A DNA stretch of 64,000 nt. Origin: Mobula hypostoma (taxonomy: Eukaryota). Below, piece by piece: positions 46,850 to 60,700 of the stretch. A program made the position numbers and the translations under genes. The stretch lies in NCBI RefSeq assembly GCF_963921235.1, contig NC_086097.1, forward strand, positions 39,868,001 to 39,932,000, in the 5' to 3' direction. The notes beneath the pieces are model-generated. The model saw only the letters and a list, made by a program, of their open reading frames with translations, was not told the DNA's origin and did no database searches. Numbering within the stretch: the stretch's first letter is position 1; every line of letters begins with the position of its first letter.

Positions 46850-49800
46850 GTTTCCCTTCATGTTCCCCTTAAACGTTTCACCTTTCACCCTTAACCTATG
46901 ACCTCTGGTTATAGCCCCACCCAACCTCAGTGAAAAAAGCCTGCTTGCATTTATCCCATCTATACCCCTCATAATTTTTTATACCTCCACTCACTCTTCT
47001 ACATTCCAAGGAACTCCTAACCTATTTAATCTTTGCTTATAACTCAGGCCCTACAGACCTGAAAACAACCTTGTAATTTTTCTTTGTACTCTTTCAGCCT
47101 TATTTACATCTTTCCTGTAGGTAGGTGACCAAACATGCACACAATACTTCAAAATAGGCCTCACCAATGTCTTATACAACTTCAACATAACATCCCATCT
47201 CCTGTAATCAATACTTTAATTAGGCCAATGTGCCAAAAGCTTTCTTTGCGGCCCTATTGACCTGTGACATGACCTTCATTGAATTATGGACCTGTATCCC
47301 CAGCTCCCTTTGTTTTACCGTACTCTTCAGTATCCATTGTTCACTATTCACTATGTAAGACTTGCCTTGGCTGGTCCTATCGAAGTACAGGACCTCACAC
47401 TTGTCTGTTAAATTCCATCTGCCATATTTCTGCCTATTTTCCAGCTGTTTCAGGTCCCACTGCAAGCCATGATAGCCTTCCCTGCTGTCCACTACACTCC
47501 CAATCTTGGTGTCATCTGCAAATTTGCTGATGCAGTTAACCACATTATCATCTAGATCATCCATATAGGTGACAAACAACAACAGAGCCAGCAGTGATCC
47601 CAGCGATATACCACTAGTCTCAGGCCTCCAGTCAGAGAGGCAGACATCTACATCTACTCTCGGGCTTCTCCCAGAAAGGTAATGTCCAATCCAATTTTCT
47701 AACTCATCTTGAATGCCGAGCAACTGAAACTTTTGACAATGCTCCCATGTGGGACCATATCAAATAAGAACATAAGAAATAGGAGCAGGCGTTGGCCATC
47801 TGGCCCGTTGAGCCTGCTCCACCATTCAATAAGATCATGGCTGATCTGGCCATGGGCTCATCTCCACCTACCTGCCTTTTCCCCATAATTCCCCTACTAT
47901 GCAAAAGTTGATCCAACCTTGTCTTAAATATATTTACTGCGGTAGCCTCCACTGCTTCGATGGGCAGAGAATTCCACAGATTTACCACTCTCTAGGGAAA
48001 GCAGTTCCTCCTCATCTCTGTCCTAAATCTACTCCCCCAGATCTTGAGACTATATCCCCTGGTACTAGCCTCACCTATCAGTGGAAGTTCCTGCCTCTAT
48101 CTTATCTATCCCTTTCGTAATTTTATATATTTCTATAAGATCTCCTCTCATTCTTCTGAATTCCAGTGAGTACAGTCCCAGGTAACTCAATCTCTCTTCA
48201 TAGTATCTCTGGAACCCCTTATCTCTGGAATCATCCTGGTGAACCTCTTCTGCACCGCTTCCAAAGCCAATATATCCTTTCTCAAGTAAGGAGACCAGAA
48301 CTGCATGCAGTACTCTACGTGCGGCCTTACCAGTATCCTGTACAGCTGCAGCATAACTTCCCTGCTCTTAAATTCAATCCCTCTGGCAATGAAGGCCAAC
48401 ATTCCATTTGCCTTTTGATAGACTGCTGCACCTGCAAACCAACCTTTTGTGATTCATGCACAAGCACTCCCAAATCCCTCTGCACAGCAGCATGCTGAAA
48501 ATTTTTACCTTTTAAATAATAATCTGCTCTTCCATTTTTCCTTCCAAAGTGGATGACCTCGCATTTACCAACATTGTACTCCATCTGCCGGACCCTTACC
48601 CATTCACTTAACCTATCTATATCTCTCTGCAGACTCTCCATATCTTCTGCACAATTTGCTTTTCCACTCAATTTAGTTTTATCAGCAAACTTAGAGACAC
48701 CACACTTGGTCCCCTCTACCAGATCTTTAGCAAATGCCTTGATAAAGTCCATGTAGACAATATCCACTGCCTTGCCTTCATCCACTTTTCTAGTAACTTC
48801 CTTAAAAAACCTATCAAGGACCTATGGACTTATGAAGCCATGCTGACTATCCTTAATCAGTCCATGTCTATCCAAATACTTCCTTTCCAGTCCCTTAGAT
48901 TACCTTCCAATAACTTTCCCACTACTGATGTCAGGCCTATAATCTGGTGGTTTATATTTAGAGTTTTCCTTAAACAGCAGAACAACATTGGCTATTCTCC
49001 AAACCTTTGGTACCTCACCTGTCACGAAGGGTGTTTAAATGATCGTTGCTAGGGCCCTGACTATTTCTGCACTTGCCTCCTGCAGGGTCCAAGAGATCAC
49101 CTTGTCAGGTTCTGGGAATTTATCCACCCTAATTGAACTCAGGACAGCAAACACCTCCTCTTCTGATGTCTGTTAGGGTCTATGAAGTTGATGCTGCTTT
49201 GCCTCATTTCTATAGACTCTGTGTCCGTCTCCCGAGTAAATACAGATGCAAAAAATTCTTTTAATATCTCCCCCATCTCTTTTGGCTCCACACATGAATC
49301 ACTATTCTGATCTTCCAGAGCGCCAATTTTGTTCCCTGCAAACCTTTTGCTCTTTACCTTGTCTGCTAGGGCAACCTCATGCCTTTATTTTTGCCCCACC
49401 CCAATTTCTTTTGTAAGTGTTTGCTTGCATTTCTTATACTCCAGAAATACCTCACTTGTTCCTCCCTGCCCACACCTGCTATGCACCTTCTTTTTATCCT
49501 TAACAGGGCCTCAATATCCCTTGAAAACCAAGGTTCCCTACACCTGTTAACTTTAACTTTCATACAAGCTTTTTATTCTCAAAATTACCCTTTTGTAGGC
49601 CTTCCATGTACCAAGCCGGAAAACAGCCTGTCCCTATCCACACTTGCCAGATCCTTTCTGATACCATCAAAATTGGCCTTTCTCCAATTTAGAATCTCAA
49701 CCCGTGGCCCTGATCTATCTTTTTGCATATTTACTTTGAAACTAATGGCATTGTGATCACTAAATGCAAAGTGTTTCCTTACACAAACTTCTGTCACCTG

Positions 49801-50140
49801 CCCTGTCTCATTCCCTCTTCTTTGGACTTCTACATACTGATTAAGAAAACTTTCCTGAACACATTTGACAAACTCTATCCTATCTAGTCCTTTTACTGTA
49901 TGGGAGTCCCTGTCAATATGTGGAAAATTAAAATCACCTACTATAACAACCTGATGTTTCTTGCAACAGTCTAAATCCCTAGGACTGTCGGGTGTTCTGT
50001 AATATAGCCCCATTAATATGGTCATATCTTTCTTATTTTTCAGTTCCACCCATAATACCTCTCTAGATGAGTTCTCTAGTCTGTCCTGACTAAGCACTGC
50101 TGTAACATTTTCCCTAACTAGTAACACCAACCCCTCCTCC
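46850..50140 (-). mobile_element. CR1 ORF2 (EN to 3' region), decayed, with a second CR1 3' piece nested at about 47762-48722
   Basis: ORFs 49585..50130 (EN: YYR.P, VGDFNFPHID, SDHN), 47220..47723 (KFADD), 48327..48785 and 48187..48402. The nested copy has tail TAAGAACATAAGAA. Confidence 0.85.
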
Positions 50141-50142
50141 TT

Positions 50143-50760
50143 TATTTGAGAAGGTGGTGTTGAGCTGCCTTCTTGAACCGCTGCAGTCCCTGAAGTGTAG
50201 TTTCATCCACAATGCTGTTGGGGGGGGCGTGGATTTCCATGATTTTGACCCAGCAACAATGAAGGAACGGCGATATGTTTCCAAGTCAGGATGGTGAGTG
50301 ACTTGGAAGGGAATTTGCAAGTGGTGGTGTTCCCAGGTATATGCTGTTCTTGTCCCTCTAGATGGTAGTGGTCGTGGGTCTGGAAGGTGCTGCCTTAGGA
50401 ACGGTACGTGTTGTTGCAGTGCATCTTGTAGATGGTATAAACTGCTGCAACTGTTCATCGATGGTGGAGGAATGTGGATGCTTGTGGAAGGGGTACCACT
50501 CAAGTGAGCTGCCTTGTACTGGATGGTGTTAAGCTTCTTGAGTGTTGATGGAGGTGCACTCATGCAAGTGAGTGGCGAGTATTCCATTACACCCCTAACT
50601 CGAGCCTTGTAGATGGTGGACAGGATTTGGGGAGTTGGGAGGTGAGTTACATGCCACAGGATTCCTAGCCTTTGACCTGCTCTGGTAGCCACAGTGTTTA
50701 TATGGCTAGACCAGTTCAGTTTCCTGTCAATGGTAACCCCCAGGTTGTTGATAGTACGGG
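50143..50760 (-). mobile_element. CR1/L2-group LINE 3' fragment of a different family
   Basis: ORF 50114..50794 LGVTIDRKLNWSSHIN.VATRAGQRLGIL...STIYKA.VR..MEYSPL is post-RT ORF2 sequence. Confidence 0.75.
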
Positions 50761-51894
50761 ATTCAGTGATAGTATAAGAACTGCAAGAGACCACTTAAAG
50801 AAAGAAATCAGGAGGGTTAAAAGAAGGCATGAGGTTGCTCTAGCAAACAAGGTGAAGGAGAATCCCAAGGGACTCTACAGACCTGCTAAGAGCAAAAGGA
50901 TAGCAAGGTAAAAAATTGGTCTCTGGAAGATCAGAATGGTAATCTATGCATGGTGCCAAGAGAGATGAGGGGGATCTTAAACATTTTGTTTTCATTTGTA
51001 TTTACTCGGGAGATGGACACAGGGTCTACAGAAGTGAGACAAAGCAGCATCAACTTCATAGACCCTAACAGATATCAGAAGAGGAGGTGTGCACTACAAA
51101 CACACCCCTATGGATTCCCATTCTCTGTCTCATGCTCCTGAAAGAATGTTCCCGTCATAATTTGTAGCTTCCTATCACATTAAAAAATCTTGAATCCAAT
51201 TGAACATTCTACCACCTATTCCCATCTTTCCCACTTGCAGCAGCAAACCTTGTGCCCTTAACATATCACATGCTTTCTCTACCTTCTGTAAATTGTTCCT
51301 GGTCAGTAGATGATCAGTACAATGGGAATGTGTTAAGAATAAAATGGAACTGGTGTAGGATGAGTGTAAATGGATAGTTTGTGGGGCAAAGGGTCTGATT
51401 AAATCGGTGATGAGGAGTAATCATCACCAAACCGGACCATAGAAAGAGGAAATAGGTGATGGAGACATTAACTCTATGGAACATTACTGCTACTAGAAAG
51501 AAGTCCAAATAATTCTTTAAAATAACAAGAGGTAGTGAAGAGCAACACACAAAAAATGCTGGAGGAACTCAGCAAGTTAGGCAGTAAATAAAGATAATGC
51601 TAAAAATGCATTTTTATCCTGACTTACATAACTTATTAGTTTCAGTTCTGAACAAATTCACTGTTGACAATCGAAGAACATGGATGAAAAATGTCCATTC
51701 AATCGATAAAAGCCATTTTTCCCACAAGTGGTGCATAATCCATATTGATGCCAATTAAATCCAATGTATTTTATCTTCCTGTCTACAAAATGTGAAAAAA
51801 TACACTTTAGAATATCTCAACCTCACAATTCCTACATTGGGTATTATCTATTTCTAATCTATCGCCATCTTTGGTGTTATGCTCATCACGTCAA

Positions 51895-52140
51895 ACATAG
51901 AAACATAGAAAATAGGTGCAGGAGTAGGCCATTTGGCCCTTCGAGCCTGCACCGCCATTCGGTATGATCATGGCTGATCATCCAACTCAGAACCCTGTAC
52001 CAGCCTTCCCTTCGTACCCCCTGATCCGTTTAGCCACAAGGGCCACATCTAACTCCCTCTTAAATATAGCCAATGAACTGGCCTCAACTGTTTCCTGTGG
52101 CAGAGAATTCCACAGATTCACCACTCCCTGTGTGAAGAAG
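51895..52140 (-). mobile_element. CR1 3' end
   Basis: Tail AAACATAGAAACATAGAAA and 3' UTR stem-loop GGTGCAGGAGTAGGCC. Confidence 0.8.
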
Positions 52141-52948
52141 TCAATGTAGTATTACACTGATTATGACACTAAGAAGCTGTTATTAAGATAAAGTCATTGT
52201 GGATTAGAGCAGTACTCCCCAGTAGCTGGTGTTATGTTTGGCACACAGAAAGCCTGCTGTGGTTATTGGAAACTAATTGCCTTTAGGCTTGCAAGAAGAG
52301 TTACCTAGGGCAGCATCTCCTCCTAAGCATCACTGGCAGCTTCATCGAGCTGTCTCCTCATGTTTGCAGGGGTTCAGCTGTATTCCTCAAAGAATGGAGC
52401 AATCCTTGGCTACAAGCAGCAGGACCTGAGCAACCTCTAGGCTTGGTCTTCCAAACAGTAAAGGAAATGTTATGTTTTGCAGGCACTGAACAGTGTTAAT
52501 CGATAAAATAAAAGGGCGTGTAAGCACTGGTGGTTCATACTGAATTAATTCATCATCATCGAATCACCACCATCAACATTATGGGAGCCATACAAAATGG
52601 TCAGCTTTTCAGGCAGCATCTATGGCGAGAGAAACAGTGAACGTGTTAACTCTGTTTTTCTTTTTACAGATGAGCTACTGAGAATTTCTAGCACTGCCTG
52701 TTTTCACTTTAGATTTCCAGTATTGGCCAGAAACTGAAGTAAAATGGCTACATAAATGAAGTGGTATCTGGGTTGGAGCCAAGATACTCAGCAGTGAGCC
52801 TCATTCCTCCAACCCCTAAAGGATTTTCATTATCTAGACAGCACCAATAAGGATTCTGCTGGAATTCTCTTTATTCCCCTGAACTGGTTCAGCCGTAGTG
52901 CTCTGGGAGTTGGAACCATCCAAGGCAAAGGATTTCTGTTAGATCAGT

Positions 52949-53383
52949 AAACACGAGGAAATCTGCAGATGCTGGAAATTCAAGCAACACACACAAAGTG
53001 CTGGTGAATGCAGCAGGCCAGGCAGCATCTATTGGAAGAGGTACAGTCGACTTTCCAGGCTGAGACCTTTTGTCAGGACGGGTAGGAGGTAGAAACGGGA
53101 AGTGCGGGGTGTGGGAACTATAAGGTTGGTAGCAGTGGATGGGAGATCCCCTGAGCTGATAAGCCTGGTGCTCCTTAGTGGGTCATGATCAAGAGGTAAA
53201 TAAGAGGAGGTATCCGCGAATTGTCGCTGTGCCTCAGCAAGGTAGAGGTCAGTACGCCAGACTACAACAGCGGGTTGTAGTCTATGGGTCCTGATGAAGG
53301 GTCTCGGCCCGAAACGTCGACTGTACCTCTTCCAATAGATGCTGCCTGGCTTGCCGCATTCCACCAGCGTTTTGTGTGTGTTG
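52949..53383. mobile_element. Mini Penelope: inverted terminal repeats around a short RT piece
   Basis: Terminal motif on the minus strand (52949-53078) and the plus strand (53288-53383). Internal AVVVWRTDLYLAEAQRQ...PRTSRFYLLP. Flanking near-direct repeat TCTGTTAGA(T/A)C(A/G)GTAAAC. Confidence 0.85.
53288..53323 (+). ncRNA. Minimal hammerhead ribozyme motif of the Penelope terminus
   Basis: GTC-CTGATGA-AGGGTCTCGGCCC-GAAAC-GTC-GACTG gives the CUGANGA and GAAA cores, a helix II hairpin, a GUC site and helix I pairing (GTC/GAC). Confidence 0.65.
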
Positions 53384-53839
53384 TCTGTTAGAACGGTAAA
53401 CCACTGACCACCATAATCATTTCCTTTGTCTACACCATGGCAACAGCAGCAGCTTGTCATGGTCAACACTGACAGGGCATTGCTGGTCAGATCTCTTTTC
53501 ATCATTGGAATTGCAAGAGGTCTTTTGCTTGAAAAGACAAAAGACAACCTCAATATTGTTTGACATCTCATCCAGAGAAGGCAAGCAGTTTCCCTGTTAT
53601 TGTGTGGGGTGTCAGCCTAGTCTTTGGAATGGGGCTTGAGTCTAGCACAGATTTGAGGATGAAAGTTACCAGTGAACATAGGCATTCGTGGCTTGGTGAC
53701 ATATTAAACAGTTATTGTGATAGAGGACAAACACCACAATATTGCTGGGAAAGAAACTTCCCAGTCTTTTTTAATTCGGATTACAGTTACATGTGGTTAG
53801 TGTCACTCAGTGTCTTTACATTTTGTAACTTTGCCTTTT

Positions 53840-54920
53840 AGACCATAAGACCGAAAAACATAGGAGCAGAATTAGGCCATTCAGCCCATCGAGTCTGCTC
53901 TGCCATTCCATCATGGCTGATCCCAGATCCCGCTCAACTCCATACACCTGCCTTCTCGTCATATCCTTTGATGCGCTGACCGATCAGAAAACTTCTGCCT
54001 TAAATATACCCACTGACTTAGCCTCCACTGCAATCCCTGGCAGAGCATTCCACAGATTCACTACTCTCTGGGTAAAAAAAGTTCTTCCTTAATTCTGTTC
54101 TAAAAAGTCTCCCTCAATTTTGAGGCTGTGCTCTCTAGTTCTGGATACTCCCACTATTGGAAACATCCTCTTTGCATCTACCTTATCTAGCCCTTTCAAC
54201 ATTTGGTAGATTCCAATGAAACCACCAACCCCCCCCCCACATTTTTCAAAATTCCAGTGAGTACAGGCCCAAAACTGCCAAATGCTCCTCATATGTTAAC
54301 ACCTTAATTCCCAGAATCATCCTCGTGAACCTCCTTTGGACTCTCCAATGACAACACAACCTTTCTGAGTTATGGGGTCAAAAATTTTTGACAATACTCC
54401 AAGTGTGGTCAAACAAGTGTCTTATAATGGCTCAGCATTATTTCTTTGCTTTTATAATCTATTTCCCTTTAAATAAATGCCAACAATGCAGTTGCCTTTT
54501 TAACCACAGACTCAACCTGTAAATTTACCTTCTGGGAGTCTTGCACGAGGATTCCCAAGTCCCTCTGCACCTCTGATGTTTGAACCTTTTCCCCATTTAG
54601 ATAATTGCACTAATAATCCTTTTACCAAAATGCATTATCATTCATTTCCCAGCAGTGTATTCCATCTGCCACTTTTTTGCCCATTCTTCCAACTTGGCCA
54701 AGTCCTGCTGCAATCACCTTGCTTCCTCAGCACTGCCTACCTCTCCACCTATCTTTGTGTCATCTGCAAACTTTGCCACAAAGCCACCAATTCCATTATC
54801 TAAATCATTGACAGACAGTGTGAAAAGCAGCGGTCCCAAAACTGACCCCTGAGGATCACCACTAGTCATTGGCAGCCAACCAGAAAAGGCCTCCTTTATT
54901 CCCACTTGCTGCCTTCTGCC
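53840..54920 (-). mobile_element. CR1 LINE 3' part
   Basis: ORF 54714..54905 (SG.PQGSVLGPLLF, KFADD) and tail TAGACCATAAGAC. Confidence 0.88.
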
Positions 54921-56354
54921 TGTACGTTTTCCCTAAGAAAACTAGAAAATGGTTCTGCCTAGAGGGCACATTTTTGAACAGCAGCCAAAACACGAGGTCA
55001 CAGGGCAACCTGCTTGAAGTGTGCATAATTTCTTGACATGATAATTTTCAGACATATTTTTACTGATCCTGTACCTTGGATCAGTTGCTGAAAATTTATG
55101 GACTCACGATGGTAGGGTACACCGTGCACTAACACACTGTGCTGGAAGCTCTGACTCAGCACCGGGGAGTAAGGAATGGCAGAGGAGATAACTTAACTAC
55201 AGCAGCAAAAAAAAACTTAACCTTTCACAATGCCTCCAAGTACTTAGCAGCCAATTAAACTCTGGAAGCAAAGGTTTCGTAGGAAATATGACAACCGCGT
55301 TGCACATAGAGGGCTCCTACAAATCATAATGTTAATTTTTTTAATGGTGTACACTAAGTGATGCATTTCAGCTGAAACATGGATTAATTCACTTTTTTTT
55401 CTTCAAAATAGTCCCAAGGAGCCTTTCACATTGTTTTGAGATGGCAAACGTGGGCTGTGTTAATGGTTTGTCCAAAGCATTGGTGCCTGGGAAAGTGCAG
55501 CTCTCTCTTTCACTGTTTTAACTGAATGTAAGACTGAATTTTTTGTAGTCAAGGATTTCAAGTGGGAATTCTGTCTTTGTATGAGAGCTAGAAAACAATC
55601 CCACCTTCAACTTGTAGCATCACCCCTAAAGGCCAGGGTCTGACTTTTAGACAATGACACTGAAGTTGTTTCTATCTGTCTAACTGGTAATATCCTTAAT
55701 ATCAAGGAATTTAAAATTAACTCACCTCTTAAAAAAGCACAAAGTGTTATCTGAGATTGTATAATCTCTTCTCATAACTCATGCAGTCCTCGCATCATTG
55801 CAGTAAATCTACCTTGTATTCTCGAAAGCACTGTACTGCTGCCACAAAAACAACACATTTTACATCTTATAAGACAGCAATAATATGTGATTCTGATTTA
55901 AGAACTATGGTCTGCTCCAGTCCTAGATTTGCTAGATCTGCTCCAGTCCTTTACATGGTCTAACCTCGACCATTCTGAGCTGAAATATTATTTGATCTCC
56001 TTGTGCTACAGTCCTCTGAATATAGGGAAACATGCCATTTGGCCTTTGGACTATTTTCTACCCTGACCCTGACATCCTAATTATACATGAAAGATATTTG
56101 GGAATTCCAATCACAGTGTTGAACTTACATTTTTTTTTGCATAGGAATGAATTAAGAACAACAATTTTTTTCCATTTGCTTAATTTATTAATATTTTTGT
56201 CTAATTTAATGCTTCGATCTATATTACTTACAATGTCATCTTTCTTTCTTGATCATGTAGGTTGGATATATGGCTTTCAATCTTGTCATTTAAGTCATTT
56301 ATAAATATGATGAATAATTGAGGCCCTGACATACAGTAGATCTTAATCTACCAA

Positions 56355-56872
56355 CTGGTAGGTCACCACAGGAAGGATGTGGATACTATAGAAAGAGTGC
56401 AGAGGAGATTTACAAGGATGTTGCCTGGATTGGAGAGCATTTCTTATGAGAATAGGTTGAGTGAACTTGGCCTTTTATCCTTGGAGCGACGGACGATGAG
56501 AGGTGGTCTGATAGAGATGTATAAGATGATGACAGGCATTGATGGCATGGATAGCCAGAGGCTTTTTCCAGTGCTGAAATGGCTAACATGAAGGGGGATA
56601 GTTTTAAGGTGCTTGGAAGTAGGTACAAGAGGGATGTCAGGAGTAAGTTTTTCACACAGAGAGTGATGGGTGCTAGGGATGCACTGCCAGTGACAGTGGT
56701 GTAGGTGGATACGAAAGGGTCTTTCAAGGGAGTCTTAGACAGGTACATGGAGCTTAGAAAAATAGAGGGCTATGTGGTAGGGGAATTCTAGGCAGTTTTT
56801 ATGTAGGTTACATGGTTGGCACAACATTGTGGGACAAAGGGCCTGTAATATGCTGTAGATTTCTATGTTCTA
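56355..56872 (+). mobile_element. CR1 LINE 3' fragment
   Basis: ORF 56379..56591 (ERVQRRFTRMLPGL) and tail TTCTATGTTCTAT. Confidence 0.88.
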
Positions 56873-56975
56873 TCTACAAACAACATAGTAAAGCCTAACC
56901 TGTTACTGATTATACCCTTCAACCATCAGACTTTAGAACTAATTTCAGTCACCTCACCTCTGAACTCCTCCAAGA

Positions 56976-57300
56976 GAACCACAACCTTGTCATGGTTTGG
57001 AGGCTTGTGTGCCTCAATGACCTGGAGAGCTATGTTGGTTGGAGTCAGGGCCTTATGCTTTGGCTCTTGTTAGGGTCACCCATGCTAAACAGGTCAAAGG
57101 TTAGAGGCCAGACAAAGAGAACCAACGCTTTAAGGGTAGAGGACTAACTCCAGGTTCAGGGGTTTAGCTCAGGGCTGATAAACATGGCTGGGAAAACAGA
57201 ACTGTTATGGAAACAGCAATTAAGGATTCTTCTACATCTGAGTGACCAAGGACAGACAGAGATGGAGGACTTCATTGCTGTACTAAACGGGCAGTAAGTA
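56976..57300 (+). mobile_element. Possible RTE-clade (Expander/Rex3-like) 5' UTR-derived element
   Basis: ACCTTGTCATGG...AATGACC.GGAGAGCTATGTTG...TAGGGTCACCCATG..AAACAGGTC...GGCCAGAC resembles remembered RTE 5' UTRs. No ORF support. Confidence 0.4.
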
Positions 57301-59209
57301 AGTAACTCTGACCTGAGTCCATAACCACTTTCAAGGACTGTACAATTCATGCTCTCAATATTATTTTTTATTTTTATGTATCTATTTATTTTTTAATTCA
57401 TCTATTTATGTGTAGTTTTTCATTGATACTATTGTAATTCTTTGTTCTACCGTGAATGCCACCAAGAAAATAAATCTCTGGGCAGTATGTAGTGACATAT
57501 ATATACTATGATAATAAATTTACTTGGAACTTTGATTATAATAACTATAAGTATTCAATTTTTAATTCTCCTAGTATAAAATGTATAACTTTTACCTGAA
57601 ATAAACCACAATATAGCTGTGGTTAATGGTTAATACTTCCACTTCCTGTAAACAACCAGGATACTATGCATGTAGCAGTATTTTGTTAATTTGTTTTAGC
57701 AGAATTTAAAGAACGCAAGCAATTATTTTCCATCATTGGCACAATGAATTTTGTGAAGCATCAAAACACAGCCATCGAACAACATTTTGACCCTGTTGAC
57801 AGTGAAGCTGCATTAACCATGAAGAAGTTTCTCTTTACCAAATAAAATTACATTCAATTATTGAACAATGCATTTGGATATCTTCCAGCTATAAAATGTT
57901 ATCTTAGTTCAGGCAGATTTGATGGTAACCTTCTCCGCAGCTCTAGAGAGTACAGTGCTGTCAGTCACGAGTGCTGCCTAAGTGCAATTTATGCTATTGT
58001 GTGATCAGCTGGAAAGAAGCTCTCTCAAAGGGAATGAGATGGACTTAATCAGTTTTTACCTCCTTCTGAGAAGGAACAATTTGCTTCAATGTGGAGCTAC
58101 CTTTTATAATTCAGCTGAGAACTAGTGAAGGTTCTCCAGGGTCATTCAAGTGAGAAGCTCTTTTTAGACTCAAATTCATGATCTTTTGACTAGCAAATGA
58201 ATGCTCAAGATGTTGATGACAATGCAATACATTAAACTTACTACAAATTACAACAAAAGTATAAACAATCCAACAAACGCAGTGCTCTTGAGCGTAGAGA
58301 CCATTTAGAAATCTGCTGGCGGAGTGGATGAAGCTGCTCCAAAAGCACTGAGGGTGGATCTTCAGGCTCCTGTGCCTCCTCCCTCAGTGGTAGTGATGAG
58401 AAGAGGTTATGCCCGGATGGTTCGCAACCTTAATGATGGATGCCACCTTTTGATGATGTTCTCAGTGGTGGGGTGGGTTGTAAACAATATTCCCTTGAGA
58501 GCCAAGATGTATTTGTGAATGTCATTTGGTCCAGCTGTCACATTGCAAGGAATTAATATTTGGCATTCTTCCCTTCAAATTGGTGATCCCTACAGTAATG
58601 GACGAGAGTTAGTGGTTGGAAAGATAGTGAAGTCATCAGGGCTCTTGGCTTTACAGTTAAACCAATAACTAATTCTGGCATTCATGCTAATGCAAAAATC
58701 CAAAAGTCAATGTCAGTAATACCCTGCTGTGCTGTGGGATATACTGGTTATCTTTGCCATAGAATTGGAATCACTGATGTGACCTTCCAGTTAATGTGAT
58801 ATACACAATAAATTTCACAACATATGCCAGTGAAATTAAACCTGATTCTGATGGGATATATGTTAATATATATGATAAATAGAAGTGGACTCAACACCAA
58901 TTCCCGCTGCACATTGCTGGTCACAGGCTTCCATTCTGAAAAACAAACCCTCCACTACCACCCTATGCCTCCTTCTACTAATCCAATTTTATCTCCCCTA
59001 TGGCTTGTACTTGCAGGCTTTCTTGAATAAATGTACAACATGAGACATCTTCAAGTCTTCCAGTACCTCACCCATGTCTAAGGAGAATATAAACATCTCT
59101 GCCAGGGCCCCTGCAAACTTTTCCCTAACTTCCCACAATGTCCTCAGATACCCTTGATCAGGTCCATGGGATTTGCTTTAAGATGACCAGCACATCCTCT
59201 TTTGTCATT

Positions 59210-60700
59210 TCATTTTTAAAATATTTTTATTGATACATAATCTTCTACAGCTATAAAATGATACAAGACTTCAACAAGTTGATATATATACAGTTAATAA
59301 AGCTGAAGAAAATATTTATCAAATAAGAATAATATATGATAATGAAAAAAATTATTTTTTATAAAGAAAAGAAGGAAAAAAAGAGAACTCCAACTAACTA
59401 AAAGAAAAAAACCCACTAACTACAAAAGAAAGAAAAAGAAAAAAAAAGAAAAAAGAAAAAAGAAAAAAAAATCCATTAGGAACCAGCTCCTGGAAAAATA
59501 TGTCTTACGATCATCTGTATATATAAAGAAGAAAAATCATCATCCGCCAACTCACATTTATATAAAATAAGATTGGAAGGAAACCATATAAATTAATTCA
59601 AATTAAATGATAATATTTGGCAAAAGAGCCCCATCTTCTCTCAAAATCGAATCGAGGATCAAAAGTCCTACTTCTAATTTTTTTCCGAAATAAGACATAA
59701 CATTACTTGGGAAAACCATTGAATTAATGTAGGGACAGAGGTACCTTTCCATTTCAATAAAATAGCCCTTCTTGCCAACAATGTATCAAATGCAATTACA
59801 TGTTGGTCTGAAGATGAAACACCCTGAATATGATGTGGAACTATTCCAAATAGAACAGTCAGTATATAAGGTTGTAAATTAATTTTCAGAGCTTTAGAAA
59901 TTGTAAAAAATAAAGAGTTCCAAAAAGATTTTAATGAAGAACATGACCAGAACATATGTGACAAAGTGGCTACTTCAGTTTTACACCTATCACAATAGTT
60001 GTCTATGTTAGGAAATATTTTGGATAGTCTCTCCTTTGTTAAATAATAACGGTGAACAATTTTAAATTGAATTAAACAGTGATTGCCACATACCGAAGAA
60101 GAATTGACCATTTTCAGAACTTGCAACCAATCTTCATTAACAAAGGTCATATTAAGTTCTCCCTCCCAATCTTGTTTAATCTTTAGTGAGAGGTTAACTT
60201 TTTGTAGTAAAAATAAATTATAAATTCTACCAATGGAACCTCTCACTAAAGGATTCATATTCAAAATAGTATCCAACAAATCAGATACTTGCATATATGG
60301 AAACTTAGATAAGTATTTTTGTAAAAAATGTCCAACCTGTAGATATTGCAGGAAGTGTGTATGAGAGAGGGAATATTTACTAATTAACTCTTCAAAAGTC
60401 ATCAATCGACCATCACAAAATAAATCTGCAAAAAAACAGATCCTTGAAGGCTTAAATAGAAAATTTCAATATAAACAGCTATACAATTTAAATTGTTTAA
60501 AATTAAAAGAGTTGCGAAACTGAAACCAAATCCATAAGGACTGTTTAATAACTGGGTAGAGATTTAAATTTGGAATTTTAGCAAGTTGTAAAGGTAATGG
60601 AGCTCCTAATAATGAGGTTAAATAAAGTTGTTTGATAGCTTTTCATTCCAAATCGATCCAAGCTGGTTTTTGGCTCTTGTCGAGCCAATATAGTCAAAAA
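59210..60700 (-). mobile_element. L1-clade LINE 3' fragment
   Basis: ORF 59674..60405 has FLQYLQV.HFL, LIQFKIVHR.Y.T..RL.KI.P, knuckle CDRC....ATLSHMFWSC and ARRAILLKWK. T-rich 3' UTR ending in AATAAA. Confidence 0.9.
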
